Part shown: positions 55,720-64,000 of the stretch, piece after piece
Position numbering within the stretch: the first letter of the stretch is position 1
How the letters are laid out: each line of letters starts with the position of its first letter
Origin: an uncultured Lachnospiraceae bacterium
GTDB taxonomy: Bacteria > Bacillota > Clostridia > Lachnospirales > Lachnospiraceae
Length of the DNA: 64,000 bases
Reading direction: 5' to 3'
NCBI GenBank assembly: GCA_934293575.1
Contig: CAKQYU010000005.1
Span: 46,147 to 110,146, forward strand
Notes under the pieces: generated by a model
Seen by the model: the letters and a program-made list of their open reading frames with translations, nothing else
Database searches by the model: none
Told to the model about the DNA's origin: nothing
Translations under genes and position numbers: made by a program

Positions 55720-56367
55720 TTATAACTTAGAATAACCGTAACTGTTTACAATTGCTTCAATACGGGAACCTCTCTGACACATTGGACACTGGTTGTGTGG
55801 ATAGGTACTGTAATTAGGTAAATCATCCGCCTTAAATAATGTGTGAACCTTCTGTCCGGCAATTTCATCACTTGCTGAAAAGATTGCAGATACACCGGCT
55901 ACTAATCCGCCGTAATAACTGATGCACTCCAGACTTCTTTCAATTGTACGGCCGGTTGTTGCCGATGCCAATAATAACAATACATGTTTGCCTTTAATCA
56001 TTGGCTGGATATTATCACGGAATATCATTTGTCCGGCAGAGTTAAATTCAGGTGTAACGATATACATTGCTTGATGCTGATTCATGGAATGAATACCGGA
56101 AACGGTGAGTTCCTCAGCAAGGTAAGCTCCGATTACCTCTGTTCCGTCCATACAGATAATGGTATCGACAACGGTAGAAGCAACATATTCACTTGCGATG
56201 GAAACAGCGGCAGCTCTTGCCATCGTCTGACGTGTTTTTAAAACTGACATATCAAGATAATGTGTGATATGAGAGTGATTCGTAGCAAAATGACCAGGGA
56301 TTGCCCGAATTTTTACTTTGTTATTATAGTGCGAAACGATTGCTTGTGGTTCATTTTCGAATGTCAT
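55720..56367 (-). CDS. Phosphoribosyltransferase-family protein (type I PRTase fold)
   Basis: PRPP-binding-like motif VLLLLASATTGRT; C-terminal C-x2-C. Confidence 0.5.
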   Translation of the reverse strand: MTFENEPQAIVSHYNNKVKIRAIPGHFATNHSHITHYLDMSVLKTRQTMARAAAVSIASEYVASTVVDTIICMDGTEVIGAYLAEELTVSGIHSMNQHQAMYIVTPEFNSAGQMIFRDNIQPMIKGKHVLLLLASATTGRTIERSLECISYYGGLVAGVSAIFSASDEIAGQKVHTLFKADDLPNYSTYPHNQCPMCQRGSRIEAIVNSYGYSKL

Positions 56368-56749
56368 AAGACCCCTCCTTTTATGCGATTAATACTATAT
56401 CTATTTTATCGTAGTTTCTATTCTATTTCAAGAGAAAGCCTGAAATTCCAACTGTTTTTCCGTATCCGGAATGTAAAATTTTCAAGACATATATATTACA
56501 AAAACATTACGAAAGAATATAAAATTTGATTTTTCGACAGGTATATCTGTCAATTATTGGGGAATAGTAAAAATTCCCATGGAATATGTTAGGAAATGCG
56601 TTTGCAATATTTAGGGTTATCCTGTATTAATATTACAAAATTGTTACAAAATATTAACGAGAATGTTATATAAATATTTTTTCAACATACATTAGAAACA
56701 GGAAATTATGTTTGTTGGGAATTTGTAGCAGAGGAAAGGAAATAGAAAT

Positions 56750-57253
56750 ATGATGAAATTAGGAAAATGGATTGTTACATTTATGATAATCGGATTAATG
56801 ATGGGAGGGTTACATGGAACTGTAAATGCGACGTCGTTTACAACAGATACCAGATACAGTGCAAATGATCTTCGCTATCTGACCGCCATTATTTATTGTG
56901 AGGCAAGGGGAGAAAGTTATGCGGGAAAAAAGGCAGTTGGAATTGTTGTTATGAATCGTGTGGAAAGCGAATTGTTTCCAAATGATGTAGAGAAAGTGAT
57001 TTATCAGAGCGGACAGTTTTCTCCGGTGGGAAATGGAAGCTTGTCTGTTGCGTTGTCACAATATGACTATCAGAAAAACAGCGGAAAATGGGATAAAACA
57101 ATGTTGACCTGTTTTCAGGCTGCGGAAGAAGTGTTGGAAGGTTCCAGGGAAGTTGATTACATGGATAATGCTACAAACCTGGAAGGATATTTGTTCTTTT
57201 CAAGATATATTAGCGGTGCCAGATTACAGTTGGGGAATCATATGTTCCGCTAG
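56750..57253 (+). CDS. Cell wall hydrolase (SleB/CwlJ-like, Hydrolase_2 family)
   Basis: Signal peptide, then DLRYLTAIIYCEARGESYAGKKAVGIVVMNRV, the signature of SleB-type cortex-lytic enzymes. Confidence 0.75.
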   Translation: MMKLGKWIVTFMIIGLMMGGLHGTVNATSFTTDTRYSANDLRYLTAIIYCEARGESYAGKKAVGIVVMNRVESELFPNDVEKVIYQSGQFSPVGNGSLSVALSQYDYQKNSGKWDKTMLTCFQAAEEVLEGSREVDYMDNATNLEGYLFFSRYISGARLQLGNHMFR

Positions 57254-57307
57254 GACATTTTAAGTTCTGATTATCTTCCTGTTTTCATATAATAAATTTA
57301 GAGAAAT

Positions 57308-57748
57308 ATGAAGATGTGTGATGGATTGAAAAGAAATTTGAAATTAATCATTGTAGGAATAATGGTGTTCGTTTTTTTCCTGATTTGCCTGACGGGTTGT
57401 GAGGTAAGCAAAACCAGTGAAAAGAAAATAAAAGATTTGGAATTTACGGTATGTGATGAAAACAGGCTGCCCACAGCTTTAGTCGGGATTATTCAGGAAA
57501 AACGAAAGGAACCATTTAAGATGACATATAATACAAAGGATTATATGTATATTGTCGTTGGGTATGGTGCGGAAGACCGGAAGGATGTGGGTGTATCGGT
57601 GTCGGAGCTGTATATGACGAAGAATTCAATATTTATTGATACCAATCTTGTTGTACAGGAAGGAGATGCTTTAGAGAATGGATTAGTTTCTTATCCATGG
57701 ATTGCGGTTAAGTGTGAAAAATATGATATGCCTGTGATATTTAAGTAA
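57308..57748 (+). CDS. Putative lipoprotein
   Basis: N-terminal signal with lipobox LTGC. Confidence 0.45.
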   Translation: MKMCDGLKRNLKLIIVGIMVFVFFLICLTGCEVSKTSEKKIKDLEFTVCDENRLPTALVGIIQEKRKEPFKMTYNTKDYMYIVVGYGAEDRKDVGVSVSELYMTKNSIFIDTNLVVQEGDALENGLVSYPWIAVKCEKYDMPVIFK

Positions 57749-57858
57749 GGAACCTTTTGAAATGAAGTTATTTTTTTATGGATTGTGCATATAATGATGT
57801 AGATGTTAAAGGATGAGTAGTTCTTTTATGACATAGGCTGTGGCGATAAGGAGGTAAC

Positions 57859-59421
57859 ATGGAACTAATCAAAAAAGAAATTCACAACTACGCATGGAAA
57901 ACAAAGAGTGCAATGCAATTTACAATTGATGATACAATCAATGTGCCGGACAATTTGATGGACATGGAAAGGCTGGTTTTAGTAAAAGGAAATGTTGTAA
58001 TTGAAGAGACGCAGGCAATGGTTGACCGCTTTCAGGTAAAGGGAAGTTTAAATTATCAGATTTTGTACTGTGGTAATGAATTGGAAACGGCATTTGACAG
58101 CATGGTGGGTAAAATTCCATTTGTTGAATATATAAATGCAGATGGTACGGAACCGGAGGATTACATAGAGGTTCATACCTGTCTGAATGATTTGACGGTC
58201 ACAATGTTACATTCCAGAAAAATCAGTATTAAGGCATTGGTTGGAATGGATTATCAGGTAAAAGCCAGTGAAAATATACAGATTGTAACGGATGTTGAGG
58301 ACAATCGGGGTGTGGAAAATGATATCCGGGTATTAAGTGGAAATGTATCGATGATGAGCCTGCAAATGCAGGAGAAAAAATGGATACAGATTAGTGAAAA
58401 GGTAGAAATTCCATCGAATAAGCCGAATATTTATCAGGTAATATGGAAAAGTCTGGCTCCGTCCGCTTTAAATATAAAACCGGAGGACGGATATCTTCTT
58501 GTTACCGGAAATTTGAATGTTTTTCTGGTTTATACGGCGGAAGATGAAGGTATGCCGATTCAGTATTTTACAATGGAAATTCCGTTTGAGCAGAAGGTGA
58601 TGTCGGATGCCGTGAATGCAGATATGATATCCGGCAGTTTTATGTGTTTGGATCAGTATCATATGACGGTAATGTCGGATGAACATGGAGAGGACCGGTT
58701 GATTGATATTTCCTGTGACTTTACCTTGGAGATGAAGTTATACGGATTGGAAAGCATGAATTTGATTCAGGATGTATATTCGACCAGAATGGATATCTGT
58801 CCGGTCTGGAAAGACTTTACTGTGCAGCATTTACTTCTCCGGAATATGGCAAAAACAAAGGTTGTGGATGTTGTGGAGCTGCCGGCACCGCAGACAATTT
58901 TGCAGATATGTAATGTAGAAGGTTCGGTTTCCATTGAGGAAACCAGTCGTACGGCATATGGTATTATGGTTGAAGGTGTTGTGGGAGCACAGATAACATA
59001 TCTGAATAAGAATAACAATGGAAATTTATCATCGGCTACCTTTGATATACCGTTTTCGTATGAGATAGAGGTAAATGGAATTAATGAAGAAGTGACGTAT
59101 TCCATTGTTCCGTTTATTGAACGGATTGGTGCTGTTCAGATGGATGATACATCGGTGGAATTAAAGGCAGAGGTATCTTTGGATGTTGTGGCATTTATGA
59201 ATGAAACAACGAAAGCCGTATTGGATATGGAAGAAAAACCAATGGATATGGAGAGAAGAAAGCGGCTTCCGGGTATGATTGGTTATATCGTAAAGCAAGG
59301 AGATACGCTGTGGTCGATTGCCAAGGCATACTATACAACCGTAGAGCGTATCAAGGAAGTAAATGAGCTGGATTCCGATTTGATTGGAATTGGCGATAAA
59401 TTGGTAATTGTAAAAGAATAG
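57859..59421 (+). CDS. DUF3794 (SPOCS) repeat protein with C-terminal LysM (SipL-like spore morphogenesis protein)
   Basis: C-terminal LysM (KQGDTLWSIAKAYYTTVERIKEVNELDSDLIGIGDKLVI). Architecture and size resemble clostridial SipL. Confidence 0.6.
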   Translation: MELIKKEIHNYAWKTKSAMQFTIDDTINVPDNLMDMERLVLVKGNVVIEETQAMVDRFQVKGSLNYQILYCGNELETAFDSMVGKIPFVEYINADGTEPEDYIEVHTCLNDLTVTMLHSRKISIKALVGMDYQVKASENIQIVTDVEDNRGVENDIRVLSGNVSMMSLQMQEKKWIQISEKVEIPSNKPNIYQVIWKSLAPSALNIKPEDGYLLVTGNLNVFLVYTAEDEGMPIQYFTMEIPFEQKVMSDAVNADMISGSFMCLDQYHMTVMSDEHGEDRLIDISCDFTLEMKLYGLESMNLIQDVYSTRMDICPVWKDFTVQHLLLRNMAKTKVVDVVELPAPQTILQICNVEGSVSIEETSRTAYGIMVEGVVGAQITYLNKNNNGNLSSATFDIPFSYEIEVNGINEEVTYSIVPFIERIGAVQMDDTSVELKAEVSLDVVAFMNETTKAVLDMEEKPMDMERRKRLPGMIGYIVKQGDTLWSIAKAYYTTVERIKEVNELDSDLIGIGDKLVIVKE

Positions 59422-59431
59422 AGGAAAGATA

Positions 59432-60517
59432 TTATAAAATTGCAATAATATTAAGTTCCGGGTGTTTGGTCAGGTCAATGTATTCGCCACTGACTAAAAT
59501 GCCCGGTTTTGATATTGCGGCTTTATTTGTCAAAATGATTTCGCCCTCCCGTCCGTCATTTAAAAGGATATTGTTATGCAAATAGGTATCAGAAATTCCC
59601 TGCAAAAAAGGAATCAGATATTTAGGGTCATATTTGGTATATCCCTCATCTTCAAACATGGAAATAACGGAAAAAGGACAGATTCCCTGCCGGTAAACAC
59701 GGTTTGCCGTCATTGCTTCATAGATATCAATGATGGTAATCAGTTTTGCAAGGTCGTTAATTTTATCTCCGTGTAATTTTAACGGATAGCCGGAGCCATC
59801 ACATTTTTCATGATGAAGCAGGGCAGCCTGACAGATGTTTTCATCAATATGCTGTGATTTTAATAATTTGTATCCTTTCAGTGGATGTTGTTTAATGATT
59901 TCAAATTCTTCTTTTGTCAGACGTTCCGGTTTTTTAATGATTTTAGCCGGAATTAAAACTTTGCCGATGTCATGCAGCATGCCGGCAACGGTTAATATTT
60001 TTAAGTCATGTTCGTCAAAATGCAGCCAGCGACCTAAAATGTTGGCAAGCATGGCAACATTGAGAGAATGGGCATAGGTGGAATCATCAAAATACTGAAT
60101 GTTACTTAAGATATCCATTAACTGGTAGGTATTTGTCATACCGGACATCATATCATCTGCCACCTCAAAAAGACTGTCAATGTTAACTTCTTTGTTGCGG
60201 CTGGCAATATCATTTAACGTATATGTAAATTCTTCTGTGGTTTCTTCAAAATCTTCTTCAAATTTTATGAATTCTTTTGTTTCACGGATTGTTTCCGAAT
60301 GTGTTTTTTTCGGGATTTTAATTGTGGTTGTATTTTTCTGGGAAGCATCTTTTCCGTAGACAGGCACAGCTACAATAGAGGAATAGCGCAGAATTTTCAA
60401 AACCTCATCATCAACAATCGTACCCTTTTGAACCAGGAGCTGGGAATTACGATAAATATCTTCTGCAATTGTCATTCCTAATGTAACTTTATGTAACATT
60501 ACCTGTACAATATTCAT
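59432..60517 (-). CDS. HD-GYP domain phosphodiesterase
   Basis: HSLNVAMLA...LHDIGK...HHEKCDGSGYP. Start reassigned to MNIVQV (RBS ggaggag); the track start is an upstream TTG. Confidence 0.8.
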   Translation of the reverse strand: MNIVQVMLHKVTLGMTIAEDIYRNSQLLVQKGTIVDDEVLKILRYSSIVAVPVYGKDASQKNTTTIKIPKKTHSETIRETKEFIKFEEDFEETTEEFTYTLNDIASRNKEVNIDSLFEVADDMMSGMTNTYQLMDILSNIQYFDDSTYAHSLNVAMLANILGRWLHFDEHDLKILTVAGMLHDIGKVLIPAKIIKKPERLTKEEFEIIKQHPLKGYKLLKSQHIDENICQAALLHHEKCDGSGYPLKLHGDKINDLAKLITIIDIYEAMTANRVYRQGICPFSVISMFEDEGYTKYDPKYLIPFLQGISDTYLHNNILLNDGREGEIILTNKAAISKPGILVSGEYIDLTKHPELNIIAIL

Positions 60518-60583
60518 AGGCTCCTCCGTAAATGATATTTGAAAATAATTATAAAAAAAATACAATTATAAGTCAAACAGTTG

Positions 60584-60612
60584 TTGACCATAATAGGGAT
60601 ATGGTGTATAGT
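60584..60612 (+). promoter_or_regulatory. Sigma-A-type promoter for the SAM riboswitch-metK transcript
   Basis: TTGACC-N17-TATAGT. Confidence 0.45.
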
Positions 60613-60627
60613 GTCAATGTAAAAACT

Positions 60628-60737
60628 CTCTCTTATTCAGAGTGGTGGAGTCAGAAGGGACTATGAAGCCACGGCAACCCCCATTTGGGAAGGTGCCGGC
60701 CTGAGGCGGGACATAAATGTACCGATCAATAAGAGGA
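60628..60737 (+). promoter_or_regulatory. SAM-I (S-box) riboswitch
   Basis: P1 ctcttatt...aataagag, with conserved core elements (agagnggnggag, gaagccacggcaacc, gaaggtgcc) upstream of metK. Confidence 0.8.
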
Positions 60738-60757
60738 CTGAAATCATTGATTATATC

Positions 60758-60790
60758 AACTCTCAGTTCCTCGGCACTGGGAGTTTTTTA
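60758..60790 (+). terminator. Riboswitch expression-platform terminator
   Basis: aactctcagt-N8-actgggagtt followed by ttttt. Confidence 0.5.
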
Positions 60791-60842
60791 ATGGGCATAA
60801 GAATGCCGGATACTGTAAATGAAAAAATAGGAGGACAAACAG

Positions 60843-62030
60843 ATGGAAAAATTATTATTTACATCAGAATCTGTTACAGAAGGACATCCGGATAAAATCT
60901 GTGATCAGATTTCCGATGCTGTATTGGATGCATTGATGGAACAGGATCCGAACAGCCGTGTTGCCTGTGAGACAGCAATTACAACCGGTCTGGTTTTGGT
61001 TATGGGTGAAATTACAACAAATGGATATGTGGATATTCAGAAAATTGTGCGGGAAACAATTCGTGAAATCGGATATGATCGTGCAAAATATGGTTTTGAC
61101 TGTGATACATGTGGTGTAATTACCGCAATTGATGAACAGTCATCCGATATTGCTATGGGTGTAGATAAAGCATTAGAGGCAAAAGAGCATTTGATGAGTG
61201 ATGCAGATATTGAGGCAATCGGAGCTGGAGATCAGGGTATGATGTTCGGATATGCAACAAATGAAACCGCAGAATATATGCCATATCCAATTTCACTTGC
61301 ACATAAGCTTGCAAGAAAATTAACGGAAGTTCGTAAGAATGGAACATTACCTTATCTTCGTCCGGATGGAAAGACACAGGTATCGGTAGAATATGATGAA
61401 AACGGTAAACCGGTTCGTTTAGAGGCAGTTGTACTTTCGACACAGCATGATGCGGAGGTTAGTCAGGAACAGATTCATGAGGATATTAAAAAGTATGTTT
61501 TTGATCCGGTACTTCCAAAAGAATTGGTAGATGAGGATACAAAATTCTTTATTAATCCAACAGGAAGATTTGTAATTGGCGGACCAAACGGAGATTCCGG
61601 TTTGACAGGACGTAAAATTATTGTAGACACATATGGTGGATATGCACGTCATGGTGGTGGAGCATTCTCCGGAAAAGACTGTACAAAGGTAGACCGTTCT
61701 GCTGCATATGCTGCACGTTATGTTGCGAAGAATCTTGTTGCGGCAGGTTTAGCAGAAAAATGTGAAATTCAGTTGTCATATGCAATTGGAGTAGCACGAC
61801 CAACTTCTATCCGTGTGGATACATTTGGAACCGGTAAATTGGATGAATTGAAATTAGTGGAAATCATTCGCGATAATTTTGATCTGCGTCCGGCAGGAAT
61901 TATCAAGATGCTTGATTTGCGTCGCCCAATTTACAAGCAGACAGCTGCTTACGGACATTTTGGAAGAATCGATTTGGATTTGCCATGGGAAAAATTAGAC
62001 ATGGTAGATACATTGAAAAAGTATTTATAG
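60843..62030 (+). CDS. metK: S-adenosylmethionine synthetase
   Basis: [22 protein letters not shown]..., [15 protein letters not shown] motifs. Confidence 0.95.
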   Translation: MEKLLFTSESVTEGHPDKICDQISDAVLDALMEQDPNSRVACETAITTGLVLVMGEITTNGYVDIQKIVRETIREIGYDRAKYGFDCDTCGVITAIDEQSSDIAMGVDKALEAKEHLMSDADIEAIGAGDQGMMFGYATNETAEYMPYPISLAHKLARKLTEVRKNGTLPYLRPDGKTQVSVEYDENGKPVRLEAVVLSTQHDAEVSQEQIHEDIKKYVFDPVLPKELVDEDTKFFINPTGRFVIGGPNGDSGLTGRKIIVDTYGGYARHGGGAFSGKDCTKVDRSAAYAARYVAKNLVAAGLAEKCEIQLSYAIGVARPTSIRVDTFGTGKLDELKLVEIIRDNFDLRPAGIIKMLDLRRPIYKQTAAYGHFGRIDLDLPWEKLDMVDTLKKYL

Positions 62031-62082
62031 GAAGATAAAACAAAAGCTTGTCGGTATGAAGCCGGCAAGCTTTTTTCATGTA

Positions 62083-62295
62083 TTAATTATTCTTTTTTTC
62101 AAGATATTCATTGATTGTGTGAAGTAAATCATCAACATTCATGTTATGAACCTGACAGGCTTCTTCTAATGTTTCACCCTGTGCAGCCGGACATCCCGGA
62201 CAGTGCATACCGTTTGCCATAAGAATTGCGGCATTTCCCGGATCAATCATGATGATTTCACCAATTAATGTATCTTTATTAACAGTTTGTGCCAT
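62083..62295 (-). CDS. DUF1858-domain protein (hybrid-cluster-protein-associated redox disulfide domain)
   Basis: DTLIGEIIMIDPGNAAILMANGMHCPGCPAAQGETLEEAC. Start set at MAQTV after ggagga. Confidence 0.7.
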   Translation of the reverse strand: MAQTVNKDTLIGEIIMIDPGNAAILMANGMHCPGCPAAQGETLEEACQVHNMNVDDLLHTINEYLEKKNN

Positions 62296-62348
62296 GTTTT
62301 CCTCCAAAGTTCTTTTGTAATAGTATTGACGGATTCAACCGGTTCATA

Positions 62349-63161
62349 CTAGATATTTGCCAGTGTTTCGATGGCGTGGTCTTTGATGATTACCTTAAAA
62401 TGTTCAAAAAAGTAAAATGGTGTTGCATAGTTTGATTTTACTTTCGAACCATATTCACTTAAGCAATTGCATACTTTCTGGTAATTTTCCAGATTGTGAT
62501 TTCCCTGATAGCTTACTAACAGATAGTAATGGTTGTTAAGCGGACTCTTGTAAAGGATACTGTCATCCTCAAAGATGTTAGCAACCATATTGGAAGCCTT
62601 GCTCAATTCATTAATATTGGTAAATGTAAATATATTATAGTGGTAAGAATCATCTTTCGCCTGCTTTGCTTCATTTTCCTTCTTGTCTGTGGAAGCCTTA
62701 AGTGGCTTGAAGGATGTTTCTGTATCTGTATCTCTTGTACTTTGCCGTTTGACCTGTTCGATATTTTCTACAATGTCAGAAATGGTTTCCATAAGGGAAG
62801 CAGCATTCGATAAGAATTCAGCCTTCTCATCCGTGTCATCCGAATCCTCCTCATCTTCAACATCAATATCTGTATATTTTGAAAAACGGGCAAAACGAGT
62901 ATCTAATTCTTCCGGATCATCTACTTTTGTAATGATAAGAATTAAACATTCCGGAGAAACAGGAATTGCCTCAATCATTAAATGAATATCATTTACCTCA
63001 AAACCAAGCTCTTCGGATGCCTGCTCCATAATATCCCGGAACAGTTCTTTTGCTTTGTCGGTTCCATATGCCAATTCATTTAACATAAGTTCTCTATCTG
63101 CTAAATCATTTTTGTTAAGAGTACAGCGAATCTGATTCTCGCTTAGTCGTTCTAACTTCAT
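62349..63161 (-). CDS. mecA: Adaptor protein MecA
   Basis: MKLERLSENQIRCTLNKNDLADREL...ELGFEVNDIHLMIEAIPV, acidic linker, C-terminal ClpC-binding domain. Confidence 0.8.
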   Translation of the reverse strand: MKLERLSENQIRCTLNKNDLADRELMLNELAYGTDKAKELFRDIMEQASEELGFEVNDIHLMIEAIPVSPECLILIITKVDDPEELDTRFARFSKYTDIDVEDEEDSDDTDEKAEFLSNAASLMETISDIVENIEQVKRQSTRDTDTETSFKPLKASTDKKENEAKQAKDDSYHYNIFTFTNINELSKASNMVANIFEDDSILYKSPLNNHYYLLVSYQGNHNLENYQKVCNCLSEYGSKVKSNYATPFYFFEHFKVIIKDHAIETLANI

Positions 63162-63436
63162 AGAATCATCTCCTTTTATAAAAGAAAATATAGGATTTAA
63201 CTATATTAATATAATATGCCATGAAATGCAAATATTTAAAATCCATTTTATAATTAGTATATCGGTTTCATTTAAAAAAATGATTCGATTAAAATGGAGA
63301 AAATATTAACAGTTGTTCCATATATAGTTTAGCACAAATCGGTTTCAAGTAAAGAACTTCATAGAAAATACACAATTTTTAATAAAATTTAGCGAACTTA
63401 TTTCAAGGTGGTTACAATATATAGATGTAAGGACAA

Positions 63437-63994
63437 ATGTTCTTGCTATTCGCGAATAAACAGAAAGAAACGAAAATTATGACGATTTGGGAATTAGAAA
63501 AATTTATAAATGAATATGGTGGTAACATATATTCTTTTTGCAGAAAATTATGTCTGGATACAGATACTGCAGAGGAATTGTACCAAGATGTATGGTTAAT
63601 GGCAATGCAACATATTGATGAAATTGAAGTGGGAGGGAATGTAAAAAGCTATCTTATCTCTGTTGCAATCGGAATATGGAGAAACAACAAGAAAAAATAT
63701 GCGATCAGAAATCGAATAGCCCCACAAGAAACAATACCGGAACGAAGGGAAGAAGTTGTATCCGAAGAAGAAAGTGCTTTGAATGGGATTTTAAAGAGAG
63801 AAAGGGAAGAAGCAGTACTTCGGGAGATAAATGCACTCGATGACAGGTATAAAATACCAGTGTTGTTGTACTACATGCAGGAACAATCTGTAAAGGAAAT
63901 TGCACAATTGCTTTCCATACCAGAAGGTACGGTAAAAAGAAGATTATGGACAGCCAGAAAAAAATTGTCAATTAGGTTGGAGGAGTATATATGA
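63437..63994 (+). CDS. RNA polymerase sigma-70 family factor (ECF-like)
   Basis: Region 2 (ELYQDVWLMAMQHID) and region 4 HTH (QSVKEIAQLLSIPEGTVKRRLWTARKKL). Confidence 0.7.
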   Translation: MFLLFANKQKETKIMTIWELEKFINEYGGNIYSFCRKLCLDTDTAEELYQDVWLMAMQHIDEIEVGGNVKSYLISVAIGIWRNNKKKYAIRNRIAPQETIPERREEVVSEEESALNGILKREREEAVLREINALDDRYKIPVLLYYMQEQSVKEIAQLLSIPEGTVKRRLWTARKKLSIRLEEYI

Positions 63995-64000
63995 ATAAAA

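Overview
The window is a 64-kb chromosomal stretch from a low-GC, spore-forming Firmicute (Clostridia/Lachnospiraceae-like; this taxonomic placement is inferred from protein families and codon style, not measured). All calls come from reading the sequence and the six-frame ORF track; no database search was possible.

Gene content, left to right:
- the tail of a Tad/Flp-type pilus locus (TadE-like proteins, an FHA-domain membrane protein)
- a housekeeping block: dnaX-ybaB-recR, then pfkA
- a large anchored protein of unknown function
- a minus-strand pyruvate formate-lyase (PFL) locus: a small 2x[4Fe-4S] ferredoxin, pflA, a pflB lacking its glycyl-radical domain, and two small ORFs. The distal ORF supplies the missing domain; the proximal one is a Cys-rich partial paralog of it.
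- a MoxR AAA+ / VWA pair bracketed by two LRR-like paralogs
- a late flagellar block: flaG, fliD, fliS, a FliT-like ORF, and two tandem flagellin genes, each with a SigD-type promoter and a CsrA-type leader hairpin
- a flagellin-glycosylation island: two Maf-like glycosyltransferases around a neuA/neuC/neuB nonulosonic-acid set, followed by a roughly 14-kb cassette of five KASIII (FabH-like) paralogs with divergent catalytic triads, five small ACPs of two subfamilies, two SDR reductases, an adenylating enzyme, GNAT proteins, a NodB-type deacetylase and an MBL hydrolase
- a Fic protein, an Rpn-like fragment and a GT2 gene at the island edge
- an acyl-CoA carboxyltransferase, sppA, an RDD protein with in-frame tandem repeats, a sporulation/cell-wall group (SleB-like, SipL-like), an HD-GYP protein, a SAM-I riboswitch driving metK, a DUF1858 protein, mecA and an ECF-type sigma factor.

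The two strongest candidates for undescribed biology are the expanded KASIII/ACP acylation cassette inside the flagellin-glycosylation island and the naturally split PFL with an extra Cys-rich half-domain gene.
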